Shown piece after piece: positions 26,012 to 36,176 of a stretch of 52,381 bases of DNA. Source of the DNA: Candidatus Nomurabacteria bacterium (GTDB taxonomy: Bacteria > Patescibacteriota > Minisyncoccia > Phycocordibacterales > UBA5272). The notes under the pieces are model-generated. The model was given only the letters and a program-made list of their open reading frames with translations. It was not told the DNA's origin and did not search any database. A program made the translations under genes and the position numbers. The stretch lies in the NCBI GenBank assembly GCA_029288775.1, contig JARIGQ010000003.1, positions 1 through 52,381 on the forward strand, given 5' to 3'. Position 1 is the stretch's first letter. Each line of letters starts with the position of its first letter.

Positions 26012-26761
26012 TTACTCCGCAAGGGCTTGATCAATGGCGGCTTTGAAATATTCGTATTGGCGTGCACCGTCTATGAAGGCTATCACTTTATACCCTTTTT
26101 TCTCTTTAAGAAGAACAAAAGAAGAAGGGGTGCCTTGTACCCCGGCTTGAATACCGTCGTTAATGGAACTATCGATGGCAGTGGCCGTCGCTTGATCTTC
26201 TTCACATCGCTTGAAAGCGGCACTGTCGAGGCCTACGTTTTTAGCAATGTCCTCTTTTCCACTCGCTGGTAGCTGAGGGGAAGGATTTTGTTGGGTTTGG
26301 AGCGGGGCTTTGTAACCAAACAAAGCGTCTATATATTCATAGTATTTTTCTTTTCCTCCCAGGGTTCCCGCGCACGCTATTGCTTTTGCTTCATCATATG
26401 CATGAGGATGAATTTGAGTAAGAGGGAAATGACGGTATACAAATGCTATTTTGTCTCCGTAGTCTGTACGTAGTTGCTTCATGGTTGGGTGAAGCGAAAT
26501 ACAGTATGGGCATTCAGGGTCAGAGTATTCTACTACTACCACCTTGCTGTTAGTTTTTCCTTCTACATAGTCAGTCCCATCGATTGGTTTTCCGGTAAAG
26601 GAAGTTGTTTGCGTACCTGGAGTAGATTGAGAAATAAGACCGTACACGATATGACTTCCTCCTAGAATAAGGGAAGCCAGAATAATGGCTACGGGAGTAG
26701 AGAGTGTAAAATGACGCGCTTTTGATGCAAAAGATGAGAAAAGGGAGCGAAGCTTAGACAT
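26012..26761 (-). CDS. DsbA-family thiol:disulfide oxidoreductase, membrane anchored
   Basis: Start moved to ATG 26761 (MSKLRSLF). It has a CPYC active site and an N-terminal TM. Confidence 0.8.
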   Translation of the reverse strand: MSKLRSLFSSFASKARHFTLSTPVAIILASLILGGSHIVYGLISQSTPGTQTTSFTGKPIDGTDYVEGKTNSKVVVVEYSDPECPYCISLHPTMKQLRTDYGDKIAFVYRHFPLTQIHPHAYDEAKAIACAGTLGGKEKYYEYIDALFGYKAPLQTQQNPSPQLPASGKEDIAKNVGLDSAAFKRCEEDQATATAIDSSINDGIQAGVQGTPSSFVLLKEKKGYKVIAFIDGARQYEYFKAAIDQALAE

Positions 26762-26804
26762 ATATACTATACTTAATAGTAACGAGTATACCACTTACCT
26801 TCCT

Positions 26805-27401
26805 ATGATCACCATCCCAGCCCCAGTATTACGACGCTTCCTTCTAGGTACTCTTCTTGAGTTTGGTCCGATTATTATCTTTCTTTCCACGTTTGCTCAT
26901 TTCCACATCTATAAAGCAACTACGTTTTTAATGATTGCTACTATTATTTCTACTATTCTTACGTATCGGCTTCAGAAACGTCTTCCGTACCTTGCTTTGT
27001 ACGTTGCTTTGCTTACGATTTTATTTGGCTATCTTACGCTTATGCATCGTGAGCCGAGGTTTATTCAGATGCGAGATACGCTCTATGACCTTACATGTGC
27101 TTTCACGCTTATATGCGGTTTACTTTTCAATGTGCCTTTTCTTAAAATTGCCTTTGAGCAAGTCATTCCTATGTCGACGAAAGCATGGGTCAAACTTACG
27201 TATGCGTGGATCGGATATCTCCTTATAAGCGCCTCTCTTAATGAATATGTGCGACGTACTGAGTCGCTTAGAACCTGGTTTGAGTTTAAAGGATTCATGG
27301 TAATTGCGACTACGCTCTTTGGTTTTGCAGCACTTTTCTTTTTCTATGAGCGAACCTCATCTAAAGGCAACCACTCAGTAGAAAAAAAGGGAGAAATGTG
27401 A
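26805..27401 (+). CDS. inner-membrane protein, septation protein IspZ/YciB-like
   Basis: 198 aa with about 5 TM helices. The N-terminal LLEFGPIIIFL resembles the YciB family. Confidence 0.5.
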   Translation: MITIPAPVLRRFLLGTLLEFGPIIIFLSTFAHFHIYKATTFLMIATIISTILTYRLQKRLPYLALYVALLTILFGYLTLMHREPRFIQMRDTLYDLTCAFTLICGLLFNVPFLKIAFEQVIPMSTKAWVKLTYAWIGYLLISASLNEYVRRTESLRTWFEFKGFMVIATTLFGFAALFFFYERTSSKGNHSVEKKGEM

Positions 27402-27417
27402 TAAAATTGCCTCTGTT

Positions 27418-28239
27418 ATGCACGAATCTCAAGAGAACTCATCTTTTTTTCATGTGCGCGAAGAGGTGCCTTCTATCGCTTCCCCAGTACTGGGTAATAT
27501 TGGCCCGCTTACGATTGCTACCTCTACGGTGACCACGCTTCTCATTACGTTTCTGTTTGTGTATGTAGCTATTAAAGCCTCTCGTTCAAAGCTTATTCCA
27601 TCCCGGTTACAGGCTGCTTTTGAGTTGTTTTATGAATATGTTGCCGAGTTTATTGAATCTATTGTGGGAGACAAGGAAAAAGCCGCCACAATTGTCCCTT
27701 ATGTGGGAGCCTTGATGACTTATCTTTTGGTTGCTAACCTTTTGCCGATGATGCCAGGGATTTCGGGATTTTATATAACTGCAGCTAATGGTCTCCATGT
27801 GCCACTTTTCCGGGGAGCGACAACGGATTTCAATACTACCTTCGGTCTCGCGCTTGCAGTGATAGTGATTATGCAAATTGTGGGTATTCGCGAACAAGGA
27901 TTTTTTGGATACACATCACATTTCATTCAGATCAAGCAGGTATGGAAAGGTTTTAAGACTTCATTGAGTGAAGGCGCTGTATCTATTATCGGTTTTTTTG
28001 TAGGACTTATCGAAATTATTTCCGAGTTGGCTAAGATTCTTTCGCTTTCACTTCGTTTGTTTGGCAATATGTTTGCGCACGAAGTGCTTACGGTGATTTT
28101 ATTGGGAACTTTTTCGATCGCGGTACCGGCTATTTGGATGGGAATGGGAGTGCTTGTGGGTGTTGTCCAGTCAATTGTGTTCGTTGCTCTTGTGACGGTG
28201 TACTACTCTTTGGTCCTTAAAAAGGAAGAAGAGCATTAA
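27418..28239 (+). CDS. atpB: F0F1 ATP synthase subunit a
   Basis: LSLSLRLFGNMFAHE, the conserved Arg-containing helix of subunit a. Confidence 0.9.
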   Translation: MHESQENSSFFHVREEVPSIASPVLGNIGPLTIATSTVTTLLITFLFVYVAIKASRSKLIPSRLQAAFELFYEYVAEFIESIVGDKEKAATIVPYVGALMTYLLVANLLPMMPGISGFYITAANGLHVPLFRGATTDFNTTFGLALAVIVIMQIVGIREQGFFGYTSHFIQIKQVWKGFKTSLSEGAVSIIGFFVGLIEIISELAKILSLSLRLFGNMFAHEVLTVILLGTFSIAVPAIWMGMGVLVGVVQSIVFVALVTVYYSLVLKKEEEH

Positions 28240-28265
28240 AAAAGACCTCTCACGAGGTCTTTTTC
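28239..28265. terminator. bidirectional terminator after atpB; overlaps the stop codon of cassette C
   Basis: AAAGACCTC-tcacg-GAGGTCTTT, flanked by an A-run and a T-run. Confidence 0.75.
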
Positions 28266-28576
28266 TGTTGAAGTGCGCGCAGTTCACGAAGTGCGCACTC
28301 TTGCAACTCGATTAAGTTGCAGATCCATGTTGGAACCGCACCATTTCGATTGAAGTCAACGCTTACGCGTTTGGCTTCCTTGGGCCGTGTGCGAACGATG
28401 GTTGCTTTCGAGTCAGTATCGGCTGCTCTCAGGTACATCCGCGGTTGTGCGGAAAGCAGGATATACGTAACACCGGGTCTTGCCCGTTGTTCACGCCTCC
28501 CATTTTCTTCTTTTTGTGCTTCTTGGGGTGCAATGCGGTATACCACACGCATAACCGGTTTTCTCTGAGTTATCAC
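28250..28576 (-). CDS. cassette C: 108-aa protein of unknown function, antisense between atpB and atpE
   Basis: GTG start with AGGAG (28584-28588) 7 nt upstream. An alternative start is ATG at codon 9. It is G+C-rich and ends in TGA inside the atpB terminator. Confidence 0.55.
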   Translation of the reverse strand: MITQRKPVMRVVYRIAPQEAQKEENGRREQRARPGVTYILLSAQPRMYLRAADTDSKATIVRTRPKEAKRVSVDFNRNGAVPTWICNLIELQECALRELRALQQKKTS

Positions 28577-28604
28577 GAACGGTCTCCTGGGAACAATTTC
28601 TTAA

Positions 28605-28633
28605 ACTGTAGCTTTTTATATGATGTTAGTCAA
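28605..28633 (-). promoter_or_regulatory. promoter of cassette C
   Basis: Minus strand reads TTGACT (28628-28633), 17-nt spacer, TACAGT (28605-28610). Confidence 0.5.
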
Positions 28634-28732
28634 AAGTAGAGTTAAAATTCACTACCGAAAGAGTGGAAAATATGCTATAATAGATACATCAAGCCCGCAC
28701 GGGCGGATTTTATTGAGTAGCTAATATTTAGT

Positions 28733-28951
28733 ATGACACCAGAAGCAGCAGTTTATATCGCAAAAGGCATGACCATTCTTGCCATGGTAGGTACGGCAAT
28801 CGGCCAGGGATATCTCGTAGGAAAGACTATGGAAGCGATTGGACGTAATCCAGACATTCAAGGATCTCTTTTTTCTAAGATGATCATCGGTGTAGCGATG
28901 ACGGAAACCACGGCGATCTTTGCTCTCGTTGCGTTTTTCCTCCTTGGTTAA
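28733..28951 (+). CDS. atpE: F0F1 ATP synthase subunit c
   Basis: 72-aa hairpin with GRNPD loop and the carboxylate in AMTETTAIFALV. Confidence 0.9.
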   Translation: MTPEAAVYIAKGMTILAMVGTAIGQGYLVGKTMEAIGRNPDIQGSLFSKMIIGVAMTETTAIFALVAFFLLG

Positions 28952-28963
28952 TATCCCGTTCTC

Positions 28964-29458
28964 ATGGACAAGATCTTAAGCATCCTCGGAAGCGTAGGTT
29001 TTAATTGGCATGTTGCGCTTGCGAATTTCATCAATTTTCTCATTATCCTTTTCATTTTGAACAGGTTCTTCTTTGGGAGTCTCAAAAAGACATTGGATGA
29101 ACGGAAAAGCGTAGTGGAGAGAGGATTGACTCAGGCAAGCGAGGCAGAAAAAGCGCTGATGAATGCTGAAGAAAAAAAGCATGAGATTCTACGTGAAGCT
29201 AAAAAGGAAGGTCATGTCATCATAAGTGAAGCTCAAGATCAAGCTACTCGTTTGGCGGAAACTATCAAAGCGCAAGCGGAAACCGAAGCGGAAGCAAAGA
29301 TGAAACTTCTTGTAGAGAAGGAAACGCACCTTAAGGAAAAAGTAGAGAAAGATGTAGCAGAGGCTTTGCCTTCATTGGTGGCGACCTTGTATGCTGCGAC
29401 ACTTCAGAAAAATCTCACCGAAGAAGAAAACAATAGGCTTATTGCAAGCATGAAGTAA
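28964..29458 (+). CDS. atpF: F0F1 ATP synthase subunit b
   Basis: N-terminal TM then a long charged helix. Assigned also by operon position. Confidence 0.85.
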   Translation: MDKILSILGSVGFNWHVALANFINFLIILFILNRFFFGSLKKTLDERKSVVERGLTQASEAEKALMNAEEKKHEILREAKKEGHVIISEAQDQATRLAETIKAQAETEAEAKMKLLVEKETHLKEKVEKDVAEALPSLVATLYAATLQKNLTEEENNRLIASMK

Positions 29459-29460
29459 GT

Positions 29461-29808
29461 ATGACCCTATCCCGCAAGATTGCTCACATCCTCAAAGAGA
29501 AGAATATCCCAAGCGATCTTCTGATTGAAACGCTTAAGGAATATAATCTGCTTGCACTTCTTCCAAATATTAAAAGCGCTCTTCTTGAACTTGCAGTTTC
29601 TGAAAAGGAAGGTAGTACTATCGATATTGAGTCTCCTTTTCCACTTTCCAAAGACGCTGAAAGTCGCATCAAACGTATTGTTGGAAATGACCTCGCGGAA
29701 GTACGAATCGCTATCAATAAAGAACTATTAGCGGGATTTAGGGCTCGTTATAAAGGAAAGCTTTATGACGGTTCCGCTCAAAGAATTATTAATCAACTCA
29801 CCCACTAA
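29461..29808 (+). CDS. atpH: F0F1 ATP synthase subunit delta (short, 115 aa)
   Basis: Assigned by its position between b and alpha. The C-terminal LLAGFRARYKGKLYDGSAQRIINQL resembles the OSCP C-terminal region. The N-terminal domain appears reduced. Confidence 0.65.
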   Translation: MTLSRKIAHILKEKNIPSDLLIETLKEYNLLALLPNIKSALLELAVSEKEGSTIDIESPFPLSKDAESRIKRIVGNDLAEVRIAINKELLAGFRARYKGKLYDGSAQRIINQLTH

Positions 29809-29811
29809 ACC

Positions 29812-31308
29812 ATGTCAGTAGAAAAAATCATCAAAGATCTGGAATCAAAAATTGCTACGCTCTCTACGGATGTAGCTATCGCTGAGACGGGAAATGTCAT
29901 TTCGGTAGCTGACGGTATTGCTCGCGTGGCGGGCCTTACTCATGTAGCCAGCATGGAAGAAGTGTCGTTTGCATCCGGTGCCAAAGGGCTCGCGCTTAAC
30001 TTGGAAGCCGATATGGTGGGTGTGGTAATCGTTAATGGTGGAGACAAAGTGCGCGAAGGAGAAGAAGTTACTCGATCGGGTCGCGTACTTTCTATTCCGG
30101 TTGGCGAATCGCTCTTGGGGCGTGTCGTTGATCCTCTCATGAATCCGCTTGATGGAGAAAAGCTCTCCGGCCTCAATGATATTGAACTTGTGGAGAAAAT
30201 TGCTCCCGGAGTGGTGGAGCGCGAGCCGGTGAACGTGCCGCTGCAAACAGGGGTGAAGGCAATTGATGCCATGATTCCTGTTGGACGCGGACAGCGCGAG
30301 CTTATTATCGGTGACCGTCAGACTGGAAAGACAACAATTGCAATCGATACCATTATCAACCAGAAGGGAACTGGTGTACTGTGTGTATATGTGGCAATTG
30401 GTCAGAAGGAATCAAAGATTGCACAAATCGTAGAGAAGCTTCGCGAAACCGGAGCACTTGAATATACCGTAATAGTATTAGCTGGCGCTTCCCACTCTGC
30501 TGCGCTTTCTTACCTGGCACCGTATTCTGGTACTGCGATTGCAGAATACTTCATGAATAAAAAGAAGGACGTACTTGTGGTATATGACGATCTTTCCAAG
30601 CATGCGGTTGCCTATCGTGAAATGTCGCTTCTTCTCAAGCGCCCACCAGGACGAGAAGCATATCCTGGAGATGTATTTTATCTTCACTCACGACTTCTTG
30701 AACGTGCATGTCGCCGCAATGAAGAGGCAGGAGGAGGGTCCATCACTGCGCTTCCTATTATCGAAACTCAAGCTGGAGATGTGTCCGCATATATTCCTAC
30801 GAACGTGATTTCTATTACGGATGGTCAGATTTTCTTGGATGCAAACCTTTTCTACAAAGGTATGCGTCCGGCAATTGATGTCGGTCTTTCGGTATCACGT
30901 GTGGGATCCTCCGCGCAAACAAAGGCGATGAAGAAAAACGCCGGCAAGATGAAGCTCGCCATGGCTCAATATCGCGAGCTTGAAAGTTTCGCTCAATTCG
31001 ACTCTGATCTTGATGCTGATACCAAAAAAACAATCGAACGCGGCAAGCGAACACAAGAAATGCTCAAGCAGGTTAATGGTGCCCCGCTTCGTACGGGACT
31101 TCAGGTTGCTTCTGTGTATGCGGTAAACAATGGTTTCTTGGATTCTGTGCAAGTAGCTGATATTGGTGGCTGGGAAAAGGCAATGCATACCTATATGCTT
31201 TCATCTGGAAAAGAAGTAGTAGAAGCGATTGAAAAGGATTGGAATGATGAGATTGAGGGCAAGTTAAAGCATGCACTCGAATCATTTGTTCATACGCACG
31301 CTAAGTAA
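29812..31308 (+). CDS. atpA: F0F1 ATP synthase subunit alpha
   Basis: Walker A GDRQTGKT. 498 aa. Confidence 0.95.
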   Translation: MSVEKIIKDLESKIATLSTDVAIAETGNVISVADGIARVAGLTHVASMEEVSFASGAKGLALNLEADMVGVVIVNGGDKVREGEEVTRSGRVLSIPVGESLLGRVVDPLMNPLDGEKLSGLNDIELVEKIAPGVVEREPVNVPLQTGVKAIDAMIPVGRGQRELIIGDRQTGKTTIAIDTIINQKGTGVLCVYVAIGQKESKIAQIVEKLRETGALEYTVIVLAGASHSAALSYLAPYSGTAIAEYFMNKKKDVLVVYDDLSKHAVAYREMSLLLKRPPGREAYPGDVFYLHSRLLERACRRNEEAGGGSITALPIIETQAGDVSAYIPTNVISITDGQIFLDANLFYKGMRPAIDVGLSVSRVGSSAQTKAMKKNAGKMKLAMAQYRELESFAQFDSDLDADTKKTIERGKRTQEMLKQVNGAPLRTGLQVASVYAVNNGFLDSVQVADIGGWEKAMHTYMLSSGKEVVEAIEKDWNDEIEGKLKHALESFVHTHAK

Positions 31309-31311
31309 ACA

Positions 31312-33998
<2,687 letters not shown>

Positions 33999-34143
33999 TA
34001 AGGGAAGGAGGTTCAATCTCCAGAAAGGGTGTGCCGATGAGCAAGTCCACCTAGCGTTTGCGCCACGTCTTCCAATATTCCTCGGACCATGCATCCGATG
34101 ATTCCACAGAAAACTCGCTGGTCGCCACACGCCCTAACCAGCC

Positions 34144-34169
34144 CCTGAAGCGAAAGCTTCAGGTTTTTT
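34144..34169 (+). terminator. rho-independent terminator about 145 nt after atpC
   Basis: CCTGAAGC-gaaa-GCTTCAGG followed by TTTTTT. Confidence 0.8.
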
Positions 34170-34181
34170 CTTTTGTAACTC

Positions 34182-34210
34182 TTGCTTAAATGAAGAAGGA
34201 TTTTTATAAT
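34182..34210 (+). promoter_or_regulatory. strong sigma70-like promoter with no downstream CDS
   Basis: TTGCTT (34182-34187), 17-nt spacer, TATAAT (34205-34210). Confidence 0.5.
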
Positions 34211-34216
34211 GAAATG

Positions 34217-34332
34217 GGAATGTTCCCATAACTCTGGAAAGGTGTGTGCGCGACGAACGGGTTTTTGTGATGGTAAGATGTTCGCCGATAAGGGCATCAT
34301 GGCAGCAACCGCGGACGAAAGTCCGCGGTTTT
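34217..34332 (+). ncRNA. candidate small RNA (about 115 nt), unclassified
   Basis: It is bounded by the promoter at 34182-34210 and the hairpin AACCGCGGAC-gaaa-GTCCGCGGTT plus TT (34307-34332). The next gene, uppP, is convergent. Confidence 0.3.
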
Positions 34333-34335
34333 AAT

Positions 34336-35115
34336 TTATCGTGGAAAGAAAACAGTAAACGCAATAAGTCCGATTAGTATTCTATAAAATCCAAACGCAA
34401 CGAAGGTGTGCTTGCGGATGTAATCCAAGAAAAGCTTGATAACGAAGGTTGCAACTATAAAAGATGTGACCATGCCGATTGCAAGCGTTTCAAGATTGCC
34501 AACTTGTGCGACTACGTGAATATTTTTATACAGTGAATACAATGTTGCTGCAGCCATGGTTGGTACTGCAAGAAGGAATGTAAATTCGGTAAGTACTTTG
34601 CGGTCCAATTTCATCAAGAGTCCCCCGACAATCATCGCACCTGACCGGGATACGCCTGGAATGAGTGCTATGATTTGATACAGTCCAAGAAAAAATGCTT
34701 CCTTCATGGATACTTCATGTCGAAGAATAACTTTTCCGTTTTCCTTCCATCCATAATAGGCATTTTCCACAAATAAAATAACAATGCCTCCAAGAAATAA
34801 ACTCGCGGCGACAACAAGCGGGCTCTGAAGCAGTACTTTCAAGTGAGGATAAATCACAAATCCAGCAATACCTGTGGGAATAAAACCGACCACGAGACGT
34901 TTGATGGTGGACATGGTAAATAGTTTTTTCCAGTACATGTACACAACAGCCATGATGGCGCCAAGTTGAATGGCGATCTCAAAGACGACCATGAAATCAG
35001 AATCCGGAATGTGGAGAAGGTGGGAGGCAAGGATGAGGTGACCCGTGGAAGAGACAGGGAGGAATTCGGTGAGACCTTCGATAATACCGAGATAAAGGGC
35101 GTGCAATGATGTCAT
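34336..35115 (-). CDS. uppP: undecaprenyl-diphosphate phosphatase
   Basis: BacA family motifs: GIIEGLTEFLPVSSTGH and PGVSRSGA. Confidence 0.95.
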   Translation of the reverse strand: MTSLHALYLGIIEGLTEFLPVSSTGHLILASHLLHIPDSDFMVVFEIAIQLGAIMAVVYMYWKKLFTMSTIKRLVVGFIPTGIAGFVIYPHLKVLLQSPLVVAASLFLGGIVILFVENAYYGWKENGKVILRHEVSMKEAFFLGLYQIIALIPGVSRSGAMIVGGLLMKLDRKVLTEFTFLLAVPTMAAATLYSLYKNIHVVAQVGNLETLAIGMVTSFIVATFVIKLFLDYIRKHTFVAFGFYRILIGLIAFTVFFPR

Positions 35116-35121
35116 GTAAAA

Positions 35122-35127
35122 AGCATA
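35122..35127 (-). promoter_or_regulatory. -10 hexamer TATGCT 6 nt before the uppP ATG (35115); putative leaderless promoter
   Basis: Minus strand reads ggTATGCTttttacATG. Confidence 0.4.
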
Positions 35128-35156
35128 CCATACGTCCTAATGGTATTCTGATACAT

Positions 35157-35618
35157 ATGAATTGGATAATTATCTTTTGTGCGAAGGATTTGATTTACGT
35201 GGCATCGTTGTACGCTTTTTATCATGTGCTAAAGCGTCATGAAAGAAAACATCATGTACGACATGTTCTCACTCTTTTCTTTTCTGCAGGAGCTTCTTAT
35301 ATTTTTGCTGGGTATTTGAAAAACTTATTTCATTTACCTAGACCGGATTTATCCAAAGCTTTATTTCAATTACAAGATACTTCAAGCTATGGGCTTCCCT
35401 CAGGACATGCAGCATATATGTTTGCGCTTGCAGCTGCTATGTATTCGTTTGATAAGAAAGCTGGATATGTGTTGTATGTGGTAGCTATTATTGTTGGTAC
35501 TGCTCGTGTGCTTGCTGGTGTTCATTTTTGGTATGACATTGTGGGTGGTGCAGTGCTTGGGTATGCGATTGGCTGGGTGGTATCGTCTGTTGCCAAGCGA
35601 CTCATTCGACATGCTTAG
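35157..35618 (+). CDS. PAP2 superfamily phosphatase (membrane)
   Basis: Start moved to ATG 35157. PAP2 motifs KNLFHLPRP, PSGHA and ARVLAGVHFWYDIVGG. Confidence 0.85.
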   Translation: MNWIIIFCAKDLIYVASLYAFYHVLKRHERKHHVRHVLTLFFSAGASYIFAGYLKNLFHLPRPDLSKALFQLQDTSSYGLPSGHAAYMFALAAAMYSFDKKAGYVLYVVAIIVGTARVLAGVHFWYDIVGGAVLGYAIGWVVSSVAKRLIRHA

Positions 35619-35668
35619 GCAGGTGTGATAGATTTTGTGGTGATATAGTTCACCACAAGGAGCAATCC

Positions 35669-35881
35669 ATGAGTGTTTCTAGGATGTTTATCCCGCGGGT
35701 GTGGGATAGGAGCATGATCACCATGATGTCGGCCATGTACATGGCTCTCAGCAGCGCGTTCTCGTCCATGACTCCTGTCTTAGACGAAGGAAGCTTTCCC
35801 AAGAAAAAGCGTGGCCGCGCGGCACCGCTTAAGGGTGATCGACGCAAGAAGCCGGCTCGGCTGCGGAAAGGGAAGCAATGA
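35669..35881 (+). CDS. cassette D, ORF1: 70-aa Met-rich protein with a basic C-terminal tail, unknown function
   Basis: AAGGAG (35657-35662) lies 6 nt before the ATG. It is G+C-rich. Its TGA overlaps the ATG of ORF2 (ATGA). Confidence 0.45.
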   Translation: MSVSRMFIPRVWDRSMITMMSAMYMALSSAFSSMTPVLDEGSFPKKKRGRAAPLKGDRRKKPARLRKGKQ

Positions 35882-36087
35882 AAGCCAATTCCATACAGAA
35901 TGGGCGCATGATGGTTCCGCCCCGCAACAGCCAGAAGTACTCGAAGACGCAACGTCTTGAGAAAAGGCAGCAGCGTTTTCTGGAAAAGAAACGCAAGCAA
36001 CAAGCTGAACAACTGGAAGATGAGCTTTCTCCAAAGCCCGCAAAAAAGCGATCCGGCTCCTTCTTCCGCACGGTTCGTCACTCGTAA
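35878..36087 (+). CDS. cassette D, ORF2: 69-aa highly basic Lys/Arg/Gln-rich protein, unknown function
   Basis: It is translationally coupled to ORF1 and is followed by the terminator at 36102-36130. Confidence 0.45.
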   Translation: MKANSIQNGRMMVPPRNSQKYSKTQRLEKRQQRFLEKKRKQQAEQLEDELSPKPAKKRSGSFFRTVRHS

Positions 36088-36101
36088 GGAAGAGACGATG
36101 A

Positions 36102-36130
36102 AGCGCGCCACAAGCGCGCTCTTCTTTTTT
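36102..36130 (+). terminator. rho-independent terminator of cassette D
   Basis: AGCGCGC-cacaa-GCGCGCT followed by cttctttttt. Confidence 0.75.
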
Positions 36131-36176
36131 ATTTCAACACCAGAGCACACTTATTGCATGGTACACTTTTTCTATC

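Noticed and set aside
34006-34022. T-arm-like hairpin GGAG-GTTCAAT-CTCC just after atpC, suggesting a tRNA or tmRNA 3' domain.
   Set aside because: No complementary acceptor strand, D-arm or anticodon arm can be formed with the upstream sequence, which is atpC coding. It is probably a fortuitous hairpin in the 3' UTR.
34217-34332. Identification of the candidate sRNA as SRP (4.5S) RNA, 6S RNA or a riboswitch.
   Set aside because: The conserved SRP domain IV sequence (GGAA tetraloop with AGCAGC-type flank) is not present. The length is too short for 6S RNA. No downstream gene exists for a riboswitch. It is kept only as an unclassified candidate.
35650-36150. 166-aa minus-strand ORF covering cassette D.
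   Set aside because: It spans the plus-strand terminator hairpin and lacks an SD or promoter. The plus-strand bicistron has an SD, ATGA coupling and a terminator. G+C-rich DNA produces long ORFs in several frames. The choice should still be confirmed by frame statistics.
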